This document shows, piece by piece, positions 39,356 through 40,821 of a DNA stretch of 40,821 nucleotides. The stretch lies in the sequence record DRR723986_1305. One strand, given 5' to 3'. The position numbers and the translations under genes were made by a program. How positions within the stretch are numbered: the first letter of the stretch is position 1; every line of letters begins with the position of its first letter. Under the pieces are notes generated by a model that saw only the letters and a list, made by a program, of their open reading frames with translations, was not told where the DNA came from and ran no database searches.

Positions 39356-40015
39356 ATGGGCATCGTCAACCAAGACAACATCACCGACGTCGTGATCGCA
39401 AGCCTCGGCAAGCATGGCGACATCACCGATCGTCAACGCACGCTGGCCACCGGCCTAATCAAGCACCTGCACGCTTTCATCAAGGATGTGAAACTGCAGC
39501 ACGACGAATTCCTGTTCGTTTGTGATTATCTGGCCCGCGCCGGCAAGCTGTGCAACGACAACCGCCAGGAATTCATCTTGCTAGGTGATATCCTGGGCGT
39601 CGAGGTTCTGGTCGATATGATGAGCAACCCGGTTGAAGGCAACGAAAGCGAATCCACCGTTCTGGGCCCGTTCTATCGCGAAAACCCGCCGGTTCTGCCC
39701 AAAGGCGGTTCGACCATCCAAAAGCATTACGACAACGAAGAAACCGCCTATTTCGAAGGCTACATCAAAGACGAGAACGGCAATGGCATCGCCGGTGTCA
39801 CGCTGGATGTGTGGGAAGACGCGCCCAACGGTGTTTATGAAAACCTCGACCCGGATCAGCCAGAATACAACCTGCGCGGCCGCTTTGAGACCGACGAGAA
39901 CGGCCATTACGCCTTTGTCGCCGTGCGCCCTGTTCCCTACCCGATCCCAGATGATGAAACCGCGGGCGCGCTGCTGCGCTTTATGGGCCACCACCCCAGC
40001 CGCCCTGGCCATTGA
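39356..40015 (+). pseudogene. Intradiol ring-cleavage dioxygenase (hydroxyquinol/catechol 1,2-dioxygenase family), truncated
   Basis: RBS ggagga; IKHLHAFIKDV, RQEFILLGDILG, STVLGPFY, NLRGRF, PVPYPIP. Ends at HHPSRPGH*, before the second His of the RPxHxH motif. Confidence 0.8.
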
Positions 40016-40230
40016 TGCGGGTTTGGGCCCCTTGGCGTTTGAATGCCAAGGGGCCTTCGCCTGCCCATGCCGCGTGGCGACCGCGCGGGTTATAGCAGCC
40101 GTTGATCTATTGAAACATGGCTACCTCAGCCTGTCGGCGGCTTTTCCAAAGCAAATGCAATACACAAAACAGCCGCATATTCACGCTGTTTTGTCTCGCT
40201 GTATGTCGCGGTGAAAAAAACAAAAGGCCC

Positions 40231-40374
40231 CACCATTTATGGCTAAGCCATTGAAAATAATGGTGCCCCGACATGATCTGCCACATGTGTTTAGTTTCAG
40301 AAACTTAGATCAAAGTGCGGGATTATATGGGCCATTGAAATCATTAGGCTTTTTTGGGGGGTGTCCCGCACCTT
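40231..40374. mobile_element. Putative attachment-site/integrative-element end
   Basis: tggtgccccg (40261-40270; reverse complement cggggcacca resembles a tRNA 3' end), GCCATTGAAA at 40247 and 40331, gtgcggga/tcccgcac inverted repeat. Confidence 0.35.
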
Positions 40375-40524
40375 TTTGAAAAAACCCAACATTCAAAAAG
40401 GCAGTGTCAAGAAATGCTACCACAAAATGTAAAGTTGTCTGATCGGTTTAAAAATATGATGGATCAGAGGCCTTACAGCGCAGTTCGCCAAGCGGCACTA
40501 AAGTTTAGTAAGAGGTAAAGATGA

Positions 40525-40821
40525 CCAGAGATCCTACCACGCGCCAATTACCTACCCAGCGAGGACAACACCCAAGATCCTCATATCTTGCGGGCCATTG
40601 GCCGTGCATGGGCCTGGCGGCGGCGGATGGAAGCCGGTGAGTTCGAAACAGTGCGCAACCTGGCAGTCGCCGTGAACCTCGCCGAGCGTCATGCCAGCAG
40701 GCAGTTGCGCTTGGCCTATCTGGCGCCAGAGGTGCTGAAGCGGCTGGTATATAAGCGGGAGGTTTCGGAAATTGCCATAAAGCAGCTGGCAGATTGTGCG
40801 CTGCTGTCGTGGCAAGATCAG
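40525..40821 (+). pseudogene. 5'-broken small gene of the type found beside large serine recombinases (runs off window end)
   Basis: Manual translation PEILPRANYLPSEDNTQDPHILRAIGRAWAWRRRMEAGEF...RQLRLAYLAPEVL...SWQDQ; in-frame TGA at 40522-40524 immediately upstream. Confidence 0.6.

Noticed and set aside
40172-40195. PHIHAVL in ORF 39633-40214 as the missing HxH of the dioxygenase
   Set aside because: It is about 160 nt downstream in a different frame, and the flanking residues do not resemble the dioxygenase C-terminus; probably chance.
40190-40340. Complete tRNA gene
   Set aside because: Only a 3'-end-like decamer is present; no T-loop (GTTCGA) or cloverleaf can be built.

Overview
GC-rich alphaproteobacterial chromosome segment; gene content suggests the Rhodobacteraceae/Roseobacter group (inference). 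About 1-32.5 kb is mostly core and catabolic genes: argS (partial), a degenerate SDR, dgt, erpA, and a TRAP transporter whose DctM carries a ~335-aa helical tail. It continues with an HMG-CoA reductase/CoA-ligase/crotonase operon, an orphan amidinotransferase facing away from a DMT transporter, acyl-CoA ligase/SDR/esterase genes, a Liv-type ABC system, a bciA-like 8-vinyl reductase and a hin-like (imidazoleacetate) LysR/DUF1028/RidA/FMO cluster. About 32.6-40.8 kb is accessory. It holds a Gly/Asp-rich secreted protein and a lower-GC, non-canonical curli (functional amyloid) locus: a long csgA-like gene, csgF, a csgG with a ~75-aa extra helical insertion and a csgB-like gene, with no csgE/C/H/D visible. 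After that come a catabolic remnant truncated at both ends (kce', hydrolase, intradiol dioxygenase'), an att-like AT-rich segment and a broken recombinase-associated gene. All calls come from motif recognition by eye; no searches were run.
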